A stretch of 64,000 nt of DNA, taken from assembly GCF_006345805.1 (NCBI RefSeq), contig NC_042999.1:135470001-135534000 (forward strand). The letters run 5' to 3'. Numbering within the stretch: the stretch's first letter is position 1; each line of letters starts with the position of its first letter. The notes below the pieces were generated by a model, which saw only the letters and a list, made by a program, of their open reading frames with translations, searched no databases and had not been told where the DNA came from. The DNA comes from Octopus sinensis (lineage: Eukaryota). Shown one piece after another: positions 1 to 12,335 of this stretch. The position numbers and the translations under genes were made by a program.

Positions 1-1105
1 AGAAATAAAGAAATGCTTTACGCAAGATTATCTCGAAGATCTAAACTGGTGCTGCAGTCAAAACTGAACAAAAGAAATAAGTTTCACGCAATCAATACAT
101 GAACGGTTGCATTATTGAGATATAGTGCAGGTTTTATCAACTGGAGAAAAGACGAATTACTAAAGCTACACTAAAAATCGAGTAAACCGTTCATAATGTA
201 AAGAACATTCCACCTAAAGATCGATATTGACACGCTGTATCTAACCAAACACAAACGGTGGTCGAGTTGCATATGCTTATGATAAAATAACTTGGACTGG
301 TATATTAAGGATGTCATAGAACCCTTGCTGCTGCAGGCGAGAATACCTGGTAAGGATAGATACTTGTATGACGATAGAGTACAAGGAAAGAAAAAATCGA
401 AAAAACGTAAAAATGGATTGGTTAAAAGATGTGCGGGCTGTCTGCGAAAGAGGCGAGAGAAATACAGACGCCGATAGAAGGTGGCATTGATTAAGGATGA
501 GTGACTTAAAGCCAGAAACTGAAGCATCTATCTGTTCTACGCAGGAACAAGCACTTAAGACAAATCATATCAAATGCAGATCTGACAACACAGCTGAAAG
601 TGCAGGTTGTGCGGTGATAAAGGTGAGACTACAGGGAATATTATGAAAGAGTGCGTGAAGCTGGCCCAAAAAGAATACAAAAGACACGATAATGTTGTAT
701 GAATAATTCTTGGGAGCTGTGTGGAAAATATAGATTGAGCTGAGCAAAGATGTTGTATAGGCAAGTTCCAGGAGGAATAATTGAGAATGACAAGGTAGTA
801 GGAATATGTGGGATGTAATGATGATTCAATGTGATAGTAAAACTGAACAGCGAAAGCCGGACATAGTGGTTGTGTATAAAGAGGAAAGCCTTGCTTAATA
901 TTAATAGATATTTCATGCCATGGTGATGACAGAATATCGGAAAAGGGGTCAGGTATGATGATTTGAAATGGGAGATAAAAAGACTAGTCACTGAACATGT
1001 ACAAAAAAAAAAATTGAAAAGACTGGGGTAAATGTGAAGACAGAGCATCTACAGAAAACTGTGTTACTTGGAACTACACGAATCGTCTGCAGAATTCTCG
1101 AAATC
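1..1105 (+). mobile_element. Decayed 3' part of an RLE-type non-LTR retrotransposon (R4/Dong/Rex6-like), followed by a (GAT)n tail to ~1200
   Basis: Joining across frameshifts gives zinc-knuckle-like KCRLCGDKGET..NIMKECVKLAQKEYKRHDNV (from 598) and the restriction-like endonuclease motif MIQCDSKTEQRKPDIVVVYKEE (from 821); multiple stops. Confidence 0.8.
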
Positions 1106-1200
1106 TAAATGAAGAGAGTTGCTTCAGTTCACTAGTTGGGGATAACTGACAGTTACATTTTCCCTGGTGATGATTATGATGATGATGATGATGATGATGA

Positions 1201-1923
1201 TCCTTTCTACTATAGGCACAGGGCCTGAAATCTTGAGGAAGTGAGCTAGTCGATTACATCAACCCCAGTACTTGACTGGTAATTATTTCAACAAAATCGA
1301 AAGGAGGAAAGGCAAAGTCGATCTCAGCGGATTTTGAACTTACAACGTAAAAACGGACGAAATGCTGAGCAGCATGCCATCCATACAACAGCATCCACTA
1401 CACAGCTTCCTTCACCATAACTTCCTGGCAGAACTAAGAAAAACTACCCGCTCTTCTTTATCAAAAGAAGGCAGACCCACCCTGACCGTGGTAACAGCTA
1501 TTAGATATAAACCTACATTCCAGTAATGCACATACACTGAACGAGTATGTACCGGGCGATTTCGTCATCCTATTCGACTCTCAGACAAGTTTAGTAGCTA
1601 GCAGCTCCAAAACAATTATACCTATAGAGTTTATCTCAAACAGGCAAAGCATCCAATTCTCTTAATACAATAAATCCATTATCGCCGTCGCAATAACCAA
1701 TTAATAAAATAACAAACACAACAACTCTTCTGTATATCCGACATTCGACACAATAACACGGCAGTCTCCCCAACTCATACAACTCATGTTATACTCAATT
1801 GCCTCCATATATTATAATACAATAGACACAGCGCACAGACAAAGCACTGAAGTAACCCCAGAAACAACAAAAAAACGCCGCTAAGCATTTTCCCCGCCGT
1901 GCTAACGATTCTGCCAGCTCGCT
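1201..1923 (-). mobile_element. SINE family A copy split by a ~510-bp insertion (1367-1875)
   Basis: 1201-1366 is the reverse complement of the family-A body (aaaggcaaagtcgatctcagcgg..gaact); the missing head (gctaagcattt..gctaacgattctgccagctcgct) resumes at 1876. Confidence 0.75.
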
Positions 1924-1929
1924 ACCTTG

Positions 1930-2145
1930 AGAAGGTTTCAAATTTTGGGATAAGGCCAAAAAGTTCGGTGGGGGGAGGCAAGTCGATTATATCGACCCCA
2001 GTGCTCAACTGGTACTTATTTTATCGAACTCGAAAGGATGAAATGCAAAGACCGCGTCGGTGGAGTTCGAACTCAAAACCTAAAGACGGACAAAGTACCG
2101 CTAAGCATTTCGTCCACCGTGCTAACGACTCTGCCAGCTTGCCGT
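1930..2145 (-). mobile_element. SINE family A
   Basis: Full family-A body in reverse, ending gtgctaacgactctgccagcttgccg. Confidence 0.85.
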
Positions 2146-4363
2146 CTTAAGAAGCTGAAATATTACTATCACCTTGAAGCACTTCAGTACATCATTATGC
2201 TTGAAAAGACTGAAAATGAATTCTTTGACCAGTGTTTGTGAGTAAAAATATATTTGCTGGCTAAAGGCCAGTTGTATCTTTGTTAGATAGCATTTATTTG
2301 CGTCAAAAGGTATCGATTTCTTTTTAATAATTTAACAGCAGATAATGTAAAATGTCACATCAGATATTGTAGAATATTATAATGTAAAAATACCGTATTG
2401 TTAGAAACATAACAAGCAATAATTAATAGAGTGAAGAATGGAATAAATGGAGAAAATAAGATTAACATAATTAATTTATAAAAGATTTCGAAAAGAAGTC
2501 GCAGAAACGACTCGACAAAGCGAAATTAGTCTCTAATTCGATAATATTTCTTTATTGATGTATAAACCAAGTCTCAAACCGATTTTTTTTTTTATTTACT
2601 TTCCATATAGTTTATTAGAATGTTCTCCGAAAAGAATTGTCCATTTAATGGCAACATATTTAATGCATGGAACATTAAAAAGCTAACTAGAAATAATTAA
2701 ATAACAAAGAAAAATATTAATCGATGTCTATTAAAGTTTTAATTTTTCGGCAAGTATTGGAGATAATTTTAGAAGGTTTTTGTCTTATTATGTCCTTATC
2801 ATCGAAGTTAAACATCCACCGTATTGCCGAACTAATAATGAGACAAACTCTACTTAGTGAGTAAGCATTTACATCAGGTTGTATATTAGTTGGTGTAAGA
2901 AAACAGATTTGTGTAGAGTTTAAATTCAGAGACACTATCCGTTTGAAAACAATAGTTATGCTAATTCAATACAAGGAGCATAAATAAATAATTAGAAATT
3001 CAAATGACACTCAAACAACGGGCATTCTGGCAGGAATTCATTGAAGGGATTCATCTTCTGATTGTCTCTTGACCAATCTGACAGCATGGATTTCTGTAAA
3101 TTTCGTGGAGAGATGACTGGTGAATGACCAGAGAAAGTACAAGCGAAACGTGAAGAGCAGACAGTATGAGAAGCGTATAGACGTTAAGAGATATGAGCAG
3201 GGTGACATCATTGAAGAACTATTCGGTGTTTAGTGTTATCAGTCCGAGGACAGCTATTTAAGCGAGCAGAATTTGAAGCTGCCTGAACTATAATTGACTT
3301 GAGAATGTAAATAACTTTCTACTTTGATCTTATCTTAACCAAGAGACCAAGAAATGACAAATAAAACAAACAAACAATAATGAGAATAAAACGAACAAAA
3401 TTAAAGCCAAAAGACAATAAATAAAAAAGCATAGAATTTTTTTTAATCATTAAACTACCGATATCTATAAGAAAAAAAGTCCTATTAACATTTCAAGTCC
3501 TTCAAATATATACATGGTTAAATAAACAAACGAACGAACGAGCAAATTAATGAATGACTACAGTGAATCAGTGAATGAATAACTGAATGAATGAGAGAGA
3601 GAGAGAGAGAGAGAGAAAGAGTGAGTGTGTGTATGTGTGTGTGAGAGAGTGAGAAAGAGAGACCAGCTGATTGCGTAGAGTTAACAGTTGCTGTTAAAAC
3701 AATTTTAGTAATAAAGTTTTACTATTTCCTCACCTCTGTATGCATTTGATTTACTCCACCAAAAAATACAAATTGATATAAGGATCTACTGCCAATAGAA
3801 CAGTTGATTTAATGGGATTTACATTTTAAAACAAAATTTCAATATAGAAGTTTGAAGAAGTCGCATAAATTAGGCATACAGAAAGAAAAGCGCGCGCGCG
3901 CACACACACACACACAGATACGCATATAGACACATCTACTCATCCACGCATTCATTCAGCTTTCAATCCGTCCATCCACTAGCATAGCTAGAGTATGTGC
4001 CGCCCGGGGCGCGGCCCTTCTGTTTACCGCCCCCGGACCCCACAAAAAACACATATTGCCTACAACAGACCCCAAAGTGGTGCCCCTTTAAAAGTGCCGT
4101 CCCTACCGCCTCCACCTAGCTACGCTAGTGCGTCCATCCTATCCATTATATATATTATATATAATATATATGTGTGTGTGTGTGTTGTGTGTGTGTGTGT
4201 GTGTGTGTATATGTATATATATATATATATATATGCATGTATATATATATATATATATATAATAATATATATATATATATATGCATGTATATATATACAT
4301 GTAGATGTAAGTATGTACATATATGTATGTATATGCATATATTTTATTTATTTATTATATTGT

Positions 4364-4398
<35 letters not shown>

Positions 4399-4732
4399 AT
4401 ATATATATATATATACAATACGAGGCATAAATAATGGTCATTTTATATTTTTCTTTATTCAAGTAAATTTGATTTACAGCTGTTTCTGGTAGTTTGTGTA
4501 CTAGAAGCAGCTGTAAGTCAAATCTGCTACAATAAAGAAGAATATATAATGACCCTTATGTATGCCTTATCTTATATATCAATGTGTAAAAACCAGTAAT
4601 AACTGTAACACAACCATGGATCTCAGAGATCTTTACAAATCTAAATAATACTGTTAGCCTGGTGTACTAACAGAAAGTATTTTGTTCGGATTGATAATCC
4701 CAAATAACTCTGTTTTATGCATATATATATAT

Positions 4733-4773
<41 letters not shown>

Positions 4774-4844
4774 ATAGATAGATAGATAGATAGATAGATA
4801 TAGATAGATAGATAGATAGATGATAGATAGATAGATAGATAGAT

Positions 4845-4892
<48 letters not shown>

Positions 4893-4915
4893 TAGATAGA
4901 TAGATAGATAGATAG

Positions 4916-4975
<60 letters not shown>

Positions 4976-5032
4976 GATAGATAGATAGATATAGATAGAT
5001 AGATAGATAGTTAGATAGATAGATAGATAGAT

Positions 5033-5084
<52 letters not shown>

Positions 5085-5101
5085 TATATAGATAGATAGA
5101 T

Positions 5102-5152
<51 letters not shown>

Positions 5153-5233
5153 TAGACAGACAGACAAAAGACAGATAGATACATAGACTGACAGACACAC
5201 AGACGCTGATAGATAGATTGATTGATAGATAGC

Positions 5234-5300
<67 letters not shown>

Positions 5301-5301
5301 T

Positions 5302-5345
<44 letters not shown>
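4733..5345. repeat. (TAGA)n microsatellite, ~600 bp
   Basis: Direct reading; source of the YLSI-repeat pseudo-ORFs. Confidence 0.98.
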
Positions 5346-5346
<1 letters not shown>

Positions 5347-5544
5347 GGAAAAAGAGAGAGATGTGCATACACACGTGCACACACAGGTTTTTTTTTTTTA
5401 CTCCTGAAATGAATGAAATCTTTTCATAGGTAAACTTAAGAAATTCTTTTCCTCAGGCGAAAATGAATATTTTGAAATAAACTCTAAACAGAATATTCTA
5501 TGTTGTACACACACACACACACCACACACACACACAGAGTAATG

Positions 5545-5750
5545 ATAATTTCAAATTTTTGCCGCAAGGGCAGCTTGAGAGAGGGGATTAAGTTGATTAC
5601 ATCGATTCCATCGCATAATTGGTACACCGAAAGGATGAAAGGCGAAGTCGAAGTCGACCTCGGCGGAATTTGAACTCAGAACGTAGCGACAGGCGAAATA
5701 CTGCTAAGCATTTCGCCCGGTGTGCTAACAATTCTGCAAGCTCACCACCT
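5545..5750 (-). mobile_element. SINE family A
   Basis: gaaaggcgaagtcg..cctcggcggaatttgaactcagaacgt..gctaacaattctgcaagctcacc. Confidence 0.85.
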
Positions 5751-5788
5751 AAATAATATTAATATTAATAATAATAATGATAATAATG

Positions 5789-5828
<40 letters not shown>

Positions 5829-5995
5829 AATATATGAAAGTAATATATATAATATATATACATATATATTACTAATAATAGTACAATATTAATAATAATA
5901 CAATATATGAAAGTATATATATATATATGTATAATATATATATACATATATATATAATGTGTGTTTATGAATATGAATGTATGTGTTTGTGTATG

Positions 5996-6044
<49 letters not shown>

Positions 6045-6112
6045 ACATGTATACACACATATACTTACGTACATATATATATGTGTGTGTATGTATATGT
6101 GTATGTATGTAC

Positions 6113-6146
<34 letters not shown>

Positions 6147-8310
6147 CTTGGGAAGATACTTCTTTTCAAATTAAATCGTATGTTTAAAAAAATCATTGTT
6201 GTACAATTTCTCCACCATCGACTTCTTCAAAAAATCATCAACATTACTATTATCATTATCAACAACAACATCAATAATACAACGAATATGCTTCTGCCGC
6301 TATTCCACCATCCACCTACCCCTCGCTAAAAATTAAATAAATAAAGAAAAGAAAATAATATGATCAAGAATTATTTTTGATTTTTTGTTTGTTTGGTTTT
6401 TTTTTTTTGGTTTTTTTTTCACATAAGAAGTGTCTTGATTTGCTTACCTAGTCATAAGAAACCAGCGTAGAATAGACTTTGCCATATCAAGGTAGATAGA
6501 TAAACGTGTTGAGAAATAGTTTGTCGGAATCAATTATTTAAGTTGTCTTCGACAGTGTGAAAGGAAGTGTCACTAAGTAAAGGAATGGTTCTTCAGTAAA
6601 ACGAAGTAGGTATGGGAGGAAGGAAAAAAAAAAAAAAAAGGAAAAGAAAAAGAAAATTAGAATGAAAGTATTTTTTACAGGATTGATCGCAGTCTGTCGC
6701 TTGCTTACATTTTTTCTCTCTTCTTTTTCGCTTGTATGGTTGGTTTAGTTTATATACGTTAAAGAATCCTGTTTTGTTGGTGTTTTGGGGGAAGAAATAA
6801 AACAAAATAAAATATATATGACTGAAAATTACCAATTATTTGGGTTTCTTTTTATATTTTTCTTTTTTTTTTTTGCTTTGTTAATATATTTTTCTGTTTA
6901 ATTTTTTTTTTTGTGACATCAATTTTCTTTTCTCTATTTTTTTCTTAAAATTCTAAAGTAGCAACAATACGATAAGAGGCGAACATAACTACACATTAAC
7001 ACACAAACACACACATATATACTTAAATGCAGATGTACACACACACATATACACACATTCACAACCGCAATCACGTAAACACATATACAGACGCGCGCGA
7101 CCCACTCAGACAAACTATCACATAAATACTCGTACACGCATACATACCTACATACATACATACATAGATACATACATACATACCTACATACATACATACA
7201 TACAATTTAAGAACACTCGTACACAAATTAGTGAATAAATCTCTGAAACACACAGATATTCTCATATAATTACGCACTCATACACTAGACATGGAGTGAC
7301 TGAAAAAGTGAATGAGTGAGTGTGTTAGAAGTCACCAAAAAACACACATACATACACATACACGCTCACATACATGCACATAGGCACACACACATATATG
7401 CACACATGTTTATTCACAACCATCTTTCAGAGACTTTCATACATGCTTACTCACTCACACATCACTTAGAGACACATTAGTATTTTGAAAAAGACACGAA
7501 GTGTAAAGTGAATGACTGGCTGGCTGGGTGATCTCTTTCTCACACGCGAACATACTCATAGTCTTTACTACACTTATGCCAACATAATCGCCTACATACA
7601 CACTTATAGTCACACACATTCTCACACCAAACTTACACTTTTTAAGTCTCTCTCTCTCTCTCTCTCTCCCTCTTTTCCTCTCTCGCTTTCTCTTTTTTTC
7701 CCTCTTCTCTTTCTCTCCCTTGCCTTTCACCTCTTCTCTTTCTCCTTCTCTTCTCTCTCTACTCCCATCCCATTCCCTTTTCTATTCTTTCTCAGTGTCT
7801 TCCTCGTCTCCCCGCTCTCTCACTTTTCCCCCCTCACTCTTTTCATCCTCTCTCTCTCCCCGCTTTCTAACATACAGACGCACACTTCGCTCCTCGCCCT
7901 CTCCACCACCGTTTCTCACATACATGCACTAACACAAACATTCTAACATTCACGCACACACAAATACATGGCCACTTTCTTCCTCTCTCTCTCTCTCTCT
8001 CTTCACATACACACACACATACACGAACACCTTCACACACTTATATTACATACTGTAAAATAACACATTGATATACACACGAACGTACATGCATTCAGAC
8101 CTATTCTCTCTCTCTCTTTCTCCCCCCCACACACACATATACACACACACGCATTGACTAGTTACTTACAAACTCCACCCTTTTGCCGGCAGGTGGAAGC
8201 TGAGAAAATAACCATAACTTGAAACAGAATTTTAGAATTCCCCCTCTTTATTTGTCAATCATAAATATATACGCTTGTTTGTTGATAAACATATATTACA
8301 CACACACACA

Positions 8311-8358
<48 letters not shown>

Positions 8359-8464
8359 CACACACACATACATACATACATACATACATACGTACGTACG
8401 TATGTACACACTCATACAAACAGTTTTTAGGAATATATGCATTTAGAAGCATACATATAAATAA

Positions 8465-8580
8465 AGCGGCAAGTCGGCAGAATAGTTAGTATGCTGGACA
8501 AAGGGGTTTAACGGTAGTTCTTCCGTCTTCAAGCTCTAGGTTCAAATTCCGCCGAGGTTGACTTCGCCTTTCATCCTTTA
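8465..8580 (+). mobile_element. SINE family A, 5' part
   Basis: gcggcaagtcggcagaatagttagt..gttcaaattccgccgaggttgacttcgcctttcatcc. Confidence 0.75.
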
Positions 8581-8585
8581 AAAGC

Positions 8586-8745
8586 GTGGACGTGGCTGTG
8601 TGGTAAGAAGATTGCTTCCCAAACACATGGTTCCGGGTTCAATCCCACTGCGTGGCACCTTGGGCAAGTGTCTTCTACAATAGCCATGCGCAGACTTAAA
8701 GCTTCTGAGTAGATTTGTTATACGGAAACTGAAAGAAGCCCGTTG
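8586..8745 (+). mobile_element. SINE family B, 5' half
   Basis: tRNA-like head gtggctgtgtggtaag..ggttccgggttcaatcccactgcgtggcaccttgggcaagtgtcttct. Confidence 0.85.
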
Positions 8746-8764
8746 TATGTATGTATATATTTAC

Positions 8765-9018
8765 TCGTTTTTTTTACTTGTGTCAGTCATTTGACAGTGG
8801 CTATGCTGGAACACCACCTTTAGTCGAGCAAATCGACCCCAGGACTTATTCTTTGTAAGCCTAGTACTTATTCTATTGGTCTCTTTTGCCGAACAGCTAA
8901 GTTACGGGGACGTAAACACACAAGCATCGGTTGTCAAGTGATGTTGGGGGGACAAACACAGACACAGACACAGACACACACACACACACACACCATATAT
9001 ATATGAAAGAAGCCCGTC

Positions 9019-9065
<47 letters not shown>

Positions 9066-9269
9066 GGTCCCGTGTTGATTCGGGGTTAACCACAGTAAAT
9101 AAGGTACTCAATACATAGTAGAGTAAAATTAATTTATTATATAGAAGGAGCTTCTACAGGACTAGAACTGTTTCATTCAAGAGAAATCTTCAGGAAGCTC
9201 AGGAGCTTCCTGAAGATTTCTCTTGAATGAAACAGTTCTAGTCCTGTAGAAGCTCCTTCTATATAATAA

Positions 9270-9327
<58 letters not shown>

Positions 9328-9499
9328 TATAGACATATACGACGGACTTCTTTCAGTTTCTGTCTACCAAATCCACTCACAAGGCTTTGGTCGGCCCAAG
9401 GCTATAGTAGAAGACATTGCCCAAAGTGCCACGTAGTGGGACTGAACCCGGAACCATTTGGTTGGTAAGCAAGCTACTTACCACACAGCCACTCCTGCG

Positions 9500-9500
<1 letters not shown>
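8765..9500 (-). mobile_element. SINE family B whose central microsatellite carries a palindromic insert
   Basis: Reverse tail at 8765-8960, reverse head at 9340-9500. Confidence 0.8.
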
Positions 9501-9577
<77 letters not shown>

Positions 9578-9634
9578 TATATTATACTAATATATATATA
9601 TATATACTATATATATATATTATATATATTATGA

Positions 9635-9683
9635 TTGATTCCAGTTTCAGCTCATGAGCTGTGGCCATGCTGGGGCACCGCCA
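9635..9683 (-). mobile_element. Isolated CR1-type LINE 3' tail
   Basis: Reverse complement ggcggtgccccagcatggccacagctcatgagctgaaactgg matches the LINE end at 47590-47630. Confidence 0.8.
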
Positions 9684-9702
9684 TATTATATTATACTAAC
9701 AT

Positions 9703-9734
9703 TATGACCCGGCAACGCCGGGTCATAGTGCTAG
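9703..9734 (+). mobile_element. Helitron 3' terminus (hairpin + CTAG|T)
   Basis: Perfect 11-bp stem tatgacccggc-aac-gccgggtcata, then gtgCTAG followed by T. Confidence 0.75.
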
Positions 9735-9839
9735 TGCATGTATATATGTGTATATAAATGTGTACATCTATATATATACATCTACACATAAAATACAAAA
9801 TACAAAGTTATATCTTGATATCGCTAGTGATAACAATAC

Positions 9840-10200
9840 TCAAAATATATAACAGACTGGAATTGTAGGCCCGTCTCTTGCAATTTCGATCAATTGTATC
9901 TTGTTCTCCCACTTGTATAGAAGTGTGGCTACAATCCAGCCTACCTCGACTTCTAGGGGGACATTTTTAATTTTTATCCGAGACGTTCTACGTCCCAGAT
10001 ATAAAGGTAAAAATAAAATATTTCCACTTTGCAAGGCTCGAGTCGAGTACTCCCTTGCACGCTCCGTTGACTCGAACCTTGCTTCTATTGTGGCGAATTT
10101 ACCGCCTCTGGTTAGATATCTTTCATAGTCGCACCAAGACACTTTCCGAAGGTGCTTTCCTCCAGGTGTTCAAATCTATTTTCTCTACATTGTATACTTT
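9840..10200 (-). mobile_element. LINE ORF1 fragment (L1/Tx1-like)
   Basis: ORF 9840-10142 (YLTRGGKFATIEARF..YLGRRTSRIKIKNVPLEVEVGWIV) parallels the zinc-knuckle-bearing fragment at 26000-26620. Confidence 0.6.
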
Positions 10201-10798
10201 ATAGACAATAGTCTTTTCTTTAATTTAATTCTTTATTATCCATCTGGACTATTCCATTTCTGCACACTAATTTTATTTTTAAATTTATTCCCATTCATGT
10301 GAAACCACTTATTTAAGTTCAAATCATTGATGCAATTTTATACCAATTGCTATTTTTACTTTTGTTATGTTACGATTATATTTACTTTTAGTTTGATTTT
10401 AATTATTACTTACTACATATAATGCAATTGTTATTATATGTTTTGTTAAAGTGAAAGCATCGACATAAAAGAGAATGTTTTTGTTTCACTTTTAACACGT
10501 ATACTGAAATAGGTGGAGAAGATATGATATTGCTATGGGCTCGCTCTAGGCAAAGTTGAACATTTTTTTTGCCCATGAAACTACATGGACCCTAAGTAAG
10601 GCATGTGTAAAATTTGAATGAAATTGGTTGTGTAGTTCTCAAGTTTTAGGGAATCGTAGTGGAGAAGATATGATATTGCTGTGGGCTCGCCCTAGGCAAA
10701 AAGTTAAAATTTTTTGCCGATGACACTCCCCGGACCCTAAGTAAGGCATGTGTAAAATTTGAATGAAATTGGTTGTGTAGTTCTCAAGTTTTAGGGAA

Positions 10799-10841
<43 letters not shown>

Positions 10842-10881
10842 GTCAGACAGACACACATTCTCAGTTTTATATATACAGAGA
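10200..10881 (-). mobile_element. Non-autonomous Helitron/HINE-like element, 3' end not found
   Basis: 5' end A|TCTCTGTATATATAAAAC at 10881, then a (GACA)n tract; internal 146-bp tandem duplication (units at 10513 and 10659). Confidence 0.6.
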
Positions 10882-10904
10882 TTATATTATATATATACTC
10901 TTTT

Positions 10905-11113
10905 ACTTGTTTCAGTCATTTGACAGTAGCCATGCTGCAGCACTGTCTTTAGTCGAGCAAATCGACCCCAGGACCTATTCTTTGTAAGCCTAGTACTTAT
11001 TCTATCGTTCTCTGTTGCCGAACCGCTAAGTTACGGGGACCTAAACACACCAGCATCGATTGGCAAGCAATGTTGGGGGGACAGACACATACACACACAT
11101 ATATATATATTAT

Positions 11114-11185
<72 letters not shown>

Positions 11186-11362
11186 CTGCATATACATATC
11201 TACGACGAGCTTCTTTCAGTTTCCGTCTACCAAATCCACTCACAGGGCTTTGGTCGGCCTGAGCTTTAGTAGAAGACATTTGCCCAAAGTGCCACGCAGT
11301 GGGACTGAGACGGAACCCTGTGGTTGGTAAGCAAGCTACTTACCACACAGCCACTCCTGCGC
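10905..11362 (-). mobile_element. SINE family B
   Basis: Complete head, central (TA)n and tail in reverse. Confidence 0.9.
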
Positions 11363-11380
11363 CTATATATATACATATAT

Positions 11381-11419
<39 letters not shown>

Positions 11420-11454
11420 TTTATTATATTATATTATATTATATTATATTATAT

Positions 11455-11506
<52 letters not shown>

Positions 11507-11561
11507 CGTTTAAATATTTGTTGTGCAAGATTTTTTATGTGAAGTCGTGTGTTGAAACAGA

Positions 11562-12302
11562 TATTGTTATATTTCGGAATGGTCATATTGCCAGTTTAGC
11601 CAATAAAAACACACGCACTATATATTTGGTGTTATTTTGGCCGAAATAAGATTAAGATTAATGTAAAAAATAAATATCACTGAAGCAAAATAACACCAAA
11701 TATATAGTGCGTGTGTTTTTATTGGCTAAACTGGCAATATGACCATTCCGAAATATAACAATATATATATTATATATATAATATATATATATATATAATA
11801 TATATATAATATTATATATATTGTTGTATTTCGGAATGGTCATATTGCCAGTTTAGCCAATAAAAACACACGCACTATATATTTGGTGTTACTTTGCTTC
11901 AGTGTTATTTATTTTTTACATTAATCTTAATCTATTTCGGCCAGAGTTCTTTCGTCACACTCCTGTGACCGCATCAGTGGTCCTTTGTTTTCTTCTCACT
12001 TATTGGTGTCTCTCCTTACTAACCGTCAGCCATTTTGTATTTCTATTGTATGTGTCTTCATTTGCGCATGCGTATATCTCTATGTGCGTCTATCTCTATG
12101 TGCGTCTATGTTTAGTTAGTATGTGTGTGTGGGGGGGATGCCTGTAATATTTGTATCTTCTGTTTATATACGTTCGTGTAATTTGTTTTTGTTTTTGTTT
12201 ATTCTTATTTTATTTTGTTCATGTTTACATCCACTTATTATTAGTAGTATCATTATTATTATTACGTATGCTTGTATGTATGTATGTATAACAACAATAC
12301 TA

Positions 12303-12335
<33 letters not shown>

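Noticed and set aside
3995-4135. GC-rich patch inside simple repeats
   Set aside because: No structure, ORF or motif; looks like low-quality consensus across a microsatellite.
3995-8452. Long ORFs rich in YI, CV, HT, YLSI here and throughout the window
   Set aside because: Translations of (TA)n, (CA)n, (CATA)n and (TAGA)n microsatellites.
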